DNA from: Gemmata obscuriglobus
GTDB lineage: Bacteria; Planctomycetota; Planctomycetia; Gemmatales; Gemmataceae
Length of the DNA: 32,000 bases
NCBI RefSeq assembly: GCF_008065095.1
Contig: NZ_CP042911.1
Coordinates: 7,380,001 to 7,412,000, forward strand
Direction of reading: 5' to 3'
The first letter of the stretch is position 1. Each line of letters starts with the position of its first letter. Below are positions 28,836-32,000 of this stretch, one piece after another. Both the position numbers and the translations under genes were made by a program. Under the pieces are notes generated by a model. That model saw nothing but the letters and a program-made list of their open reading frames with translations. It did not search any database and had not been told where the DNA came from.

Positions 28836-28873
28836 GCGCTCCGCTGGGTGGAACCAAAACCCCGAGGCGCGCC

Positions 28874-30916
28874 GTGCTCTCGCCCTTATCTTGCCAGCGG
28901 TGCCAGAAGTCTCAGGCCCTTCTGCCGAGCGGTGTGTGCTCGGCGTGCCTGGCCCCCGACGCCAGCGCGCGCACCTCACCGAACGTGCTATTCGCGAGCG
29001 GCGGCTTTTCGCCCGAAGGGCCGACGACGCCCGCCCACGCGTTCTTTTTCGCCGCGCAATCGGCCCCCGCCGTCCGCCCGCTGCCCGCCCCGCCGCCCGG
29101 ATTCGAACTGCTCCGCCGGCTCGGCGAGGGCGGCATGGGTGACGTGTACCTGGCGCGGGAGTGCCCGTCCGGCCGCGAGGTCGCGCTGAAGTTCTTGAAG
29201 CACCCCGAACATTACGTCGCACACCAGCGTTTCGTGGCCGAGCTGCGCGCCCTGGTCGAACTGGAACACCCGAACGTCGTTCGGGTACACGCGTCGGACT
29301 TCATGCGGTCCACCCCGTTCTTCACCATGGAGCACGCCACCGGCGGGTCGCTGTCCGATGCGCTCGAGTCGGACGAAGGGGGGCCGAATCCGCTGGCGCC
29401 GAAGGACGCGGTCGGCATCATCCGGGTCGTCGCCGGTGCGGTCGCGGCGGCGCACGCAAAGGGCATCATCCACCGCGACCTGAAACCGAGCAACGTGCTG
29501 CTGTTCGGTGGTCCTCGTGCCTGGGACAAGCTGAAGGTGGCGGACTTCGGGCTAGCGCGGCGGCTCAACGCCGAAGACGACGAGAACCTTACGGTAACGA
29601 CCGACACGATCGGCACCCCGGGGTACGCACCGCCGGAGCAGGTGTCGCGGGCGAACGGCGACATCGATTTCCGGGCCGACGTGTACGGGCTCGGGGCGAC
29701 CCTGTACCACCTGCTGACCGGTCGCGCCCCGTTCACCGGCCCGACCCAGGCGTCCGTCATAGAGCAGGTGCTCGCGGACCCGCCCGAGCGGGTCCGCAAG
29801 CGCCGCCCCGAGGTGCCGCTGCGCCTGGAAGCGATCGTCCTGAAGTGCCTCGCGAAGGACCCGGCGGACCGGTACGAGTCGGTTACGAGCTTCCTGGCGG
29901 ACCTGGACCGGTATGAGGCCGGGTTGCGTCCCAAGGCGCCCTTGATGACCCGACGGCGGCGGGCGCGGTGCTGGGCGAACGATCGCCGGCACGCTCTCGC
30001 CGCCGCGGCGGCGCTGATGTTCCTCACCTCGATTGGGTCGGTCGGGGCGATGCGGGGGGTCGGATTGGGATCGGCGGACGCCGGTGTTATCAGACCGCCC
30101 TTGGTGCCGGTGCCGAAAGTGGCCGATCTGCCGGCCACGCCATCCGCCGTTAATTTCTGCCCCGAACTGACTGATGAAGAGGTGACCCGCGCCCTCCGCA
30201 ACGGGCAGCGCGTCGAGTTACTCGGCCGGACCGGACCGCGGACCCCGATCGGGTGGGGCCTGAACCCCTGTCCGGTCACACTGCCGGAAGAAGGCGGCAA
30301 CGGCCTCGTGCTCAAAGGCCGGGAGGGTTGCGCCCTCCAACTTCTTGCCGACCCGGGCATCGACAGCTATCGGATCCGCGCCGAACTTCGCCAGGACCTC
30401 CGGACCCCACCGGTCGGGCCGGTCGGCAGCAGAATGCCCCAGGTGCCTCGCGTCGGGATCGTCCTCGGGTACCGTCGCATCAAGGCGAAGGACCGCATCG
30501 TTAATGCGTTTGTGACCGCAACGATTTGTGAATCGGGACAGAATGGGCAAGAGGCCGGCGAGGCCGCATTGACGGATCACGGTGTGATCGAATACCCGCT
30601 GCAACCGTCTTCTTCGGCTATTCACCCCAAGGGACGCTGCCCGCTCACCGCGAACGAAAAGGCGCCGTCGGCCCGCGTACTGGAAGTTGACGTGACTCCG
30701 CAGAAGCTCGTTTTCCGCCACGGGGGCCAGGAGCTGATCCAGTCGGCCCAACTCCAGGAGCACTGGGTTTGCATCGAACAGGCGCTGAACGCGAACCCGC
30801 AGCTCGGGGGACAGGTCCATCTTGGTGAGTGGTCCTCTCGGCGCCCGGTCGGCATTTGGGTCCAGGAGTCGTGGGCGACTGTACTCAGCTTCAGTATCGA
30901 GCCGCTGCCCAAATAG
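28874..30916 (+). CDS. Ser/Thr protein kinase with an N-terminal zinc-ribbon-like motif, one TM segment and an uncharacterised extracytoplasmic C-domain
   Basis: 680 aa with a GTG start. The zinc-ribbon-like motif is CQRC-x13-CSAC. Kinase motifs are GEGGMGDVY, VALK, HRDLKPSNVLL, DFGLAR and GYAPPE. The TM segment is ALAAAAALMFLTSIGSVGAM. The C-domain is about 290 aa, beta-rich, and of lower GC than its surroundings. Confidence 0.9.
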   Translation: MLSPLSCQRCQKSQALLPSGVCSACLAPDASARTSPNVLFASGGFSPEGPTTPAHAFFFAAQSAPAVRPLPAPPPGFELLRRLGEGGMGDVYLARECPSGREVALKFLKHPEHYVAHQRFVAELRALVELEHPNVVRVHASDFMRSTPFFTMEHATGGSLSDALESDEGGPNPLAPKDAVGIIRVVAGAVAAAHAKGIIHRDLKPSNVLLFGGPRAWDKLKVADFGLARRLNAEDDENLTVTTDTIGTPGYAPPEQVSRANGDIDFRADVYGLGATLYHLLTGRAPFTGPTQASVIEQVLADPPERVRKRRPEVPLRLEAIVLKCLAKDPADRYESVTSFLADLDRYEAGLRPKAPLMTRRRRARCWANDRRHALAAAAALMFLTSIGSVGAMRGVGLGSADAGVIRPPLVPVPKVADLPATPSAVNFCPELTDEEVTRALRNGQRVELLGRTGPRTPIGWGLNPCPVTLPEEGGNGLVLKGREGCALQLLADPGIDSYRIRAELRQDLRTPPVGPVGSRMPQVPRVGIVLGYRRIKAKDRIVNAFVTATICESGQNGQEAGEAALTDHGVIEYPLQPSSSAIHPKGRCPLTANEKAPSARVLEVDVTPQKLVFRHGGQELIQSAQLQEHWVCIEQALNANPQLGGQVHLGEWSSRRPVGIWVQESWATVLSFSIEPLPK

Positions 30917-30931
30917 CGGGGAGAGGTTTCC

Positions 30932-31237
30932 ATGGCGTCACAAGTTTCGATCTCCAACCTGGGCAACAACGATTCCAAATTGGTCCCTTACAACCTCGCG
31001 GTGACGTACAGCGCAGACGAAAGTGGGTTGGAAGTGGTCATCGAGTACAACGGCATTTCCGTGGCGGCGCAGGACGCCTCCCACACGTCCGGGTCGCTCT
31101 CATTCTCCCTGAACTATCTCAGCAACACCATTGGTGAGACGGTCCGAGCCGTTCTGCGTGTCAAAGCTAATCCCAGTAATCGAGTCTACGTGGACACCCG
31201 CACCGGACTCAGCTTCGAAACCGACAGCCCCCCTTGA
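30932..31237 (+). CDS. Hypothetical 101-aa protein (orphan, beta-rich, no signal peptide or TM segment)
   Basis: The ATG lies 15 nt after the kinase stop, with GGGGAGAGG upstream. The ORF is visibly lower in GC than the neighbouring genes. I recognise no motif. Confidence 0.5.
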   Translation: MASQVSISNLGNNDSKLVPYNLAVTYSADESGLEVVIEYNGISVAAQDASHTSGSLSFSLNYLSNTIGETVRAVLRVKANPSNRVYVDTRTGLSFETDSPP

Positions 31238-31527
31238 TGGCACGAGTCGGTTCGTTGCGCTTACGTGATTTCGCACCCGGGGTTCGCAAACGCGCGCTGC
31301 GCCAGTTTCTGCGGGTTGGGTTCGGGGAGCGGTGCTCAAACACGTCAACTTGAGCGGCGGACCGGAGTGAACTCGTCTTCGGCCCGGCCGGCAACCTTTT
31401 GACGGCCGCCGGCCGCGGTCGCCTCCGGTTCCGGGCGGCATCTCTATCTATAACAGCAACGCACCCGGGCGCGGATCGGGGTCGGTTTGTGCCCGCGGCT
31501 CACGCTTTAAGAAGGAACGCCTAGCTC

Positions 31528-32000
31528 ATGGCCGACGCCATCACACAACGCGCGACGAACTACGCCCAGTGGTACCTGGACATCGTCAAAGAGGCCGGGC
31601 TGGCCGACAACTCCGACGTCCGCGGGTGCATGGTCATCAAGCCCACCGGGTTCGCGCTGTGGGAGAAGATGCAGAAGGCCCTCGACGGCCTGTTCAAGAG
31701 CACCGGCCACGTCAACGCGTACTTCCCGCTGTTCATCCCCATGAGCTTCCTCGCGAAGGAGGAGCAGATGGCGGAGGGGTTCGCCAAGGAGTGCGCGGTG
31801 GTCACCCACTACCGGCTCAAGGCCGAGCCCGGGAAGCCCCTGCACGTCGACCCCGCCGCGGAACTCGAGGAGCCGCTGATCGTCCGCCCCACGTCCGAAA
31901 CGATCATCTGGAACACCTACAAGAAGTGGGTCCAGAGCTACCGCGACCTGCCGCTCCTCATCAACCAGTGGGCGAACGTGGTGCGCTGGGAGATGCGCAC
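31528..32000 (+). CDS. proS: Prolyl-tRNA synthetase, 5' part (runs off the window)
   Basis: Hand translation from the ATG at 31528 gives [71 protein letters not shown]...[11 protein letters not shown]...[41 protein letters not shown]. These are hallmarks of archaeal/eukaryote-type class II ProRS. GAAGGAA lies upstream. This ORF is not in the supplied track because it has no stop within the window. Confidence 0.93.
   Translation, partial: MADAITQRATNYAQWYLDIVKEAGLADNSDVRGCMVIKPTGFALWEKMQKALDGLFKSTGHVNAYFPLFIPMSFLAKEEQMAEGFAKECAVVTHYRLKAEPGKPLHVDPAAELEEPLIVRPTSETIIWNTYKKWVQSYRDLPLLINQWANVVRWEMR

Overview
This is a very GC-rich bacterial chromosomal segment whose gene content looks planctomycete, Gemmataceae-like. 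That assignment is an inference from a DUF1501 / PSCyt-DUF1549-DUF1553 gene pair, an ECF sigma factor coupled to a Ser/Thr kinase, and a giant protein built from autotransporter-type beta-strand repeats. I support 16 protein-coding genes, and several ORF-track starts were trimmed to in-frame starts that have a Shine-Dalgarno sequence. They are: a class-I FAD disulfide oxidoreductase; a Zn-dependent alcohol dehydrogenase; an ECF sigma factor plus a 1151-aa TPR Ser/Thr kinase in an operon; a small membrane protein; a 1757-aa surface protein (beta-strand repeats, Calx-beta, FG-GAP); an SDR reductase; DUF1501; PSCyt2-DUF1549-DUF1553; a thioredoxin; HtpG; a secreted TlpA-like protein without redox cysteines; an aldehyde dehydrogenase; a second Ser/Thr kinase with a zinc-ribbon N-terminus; a 101-aa orphan ORF; and the 5' part of proS. 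There is also one decayed IS1-like element with at least five reading-frame breaks. I could not support any tRNA, rRNA or CRISPR array. The most unusual material is non-coding. A roughly 1.2-kb ORF-free stretch of lower GC (9014-10190) ends in a textbook intrinsic terminator preceded by a G-depleted tract, which suggests an sRNA. Three sharply AT-rich islands sit in otherwise GC-rich DNA, and one carries 9-bp-phased heptamer repeats in inverted arrays. Long perfect or nested palindromes lie at gene 3' ends. Most long alternative-frame ORFs in the supplied track are high-GC artefacts.
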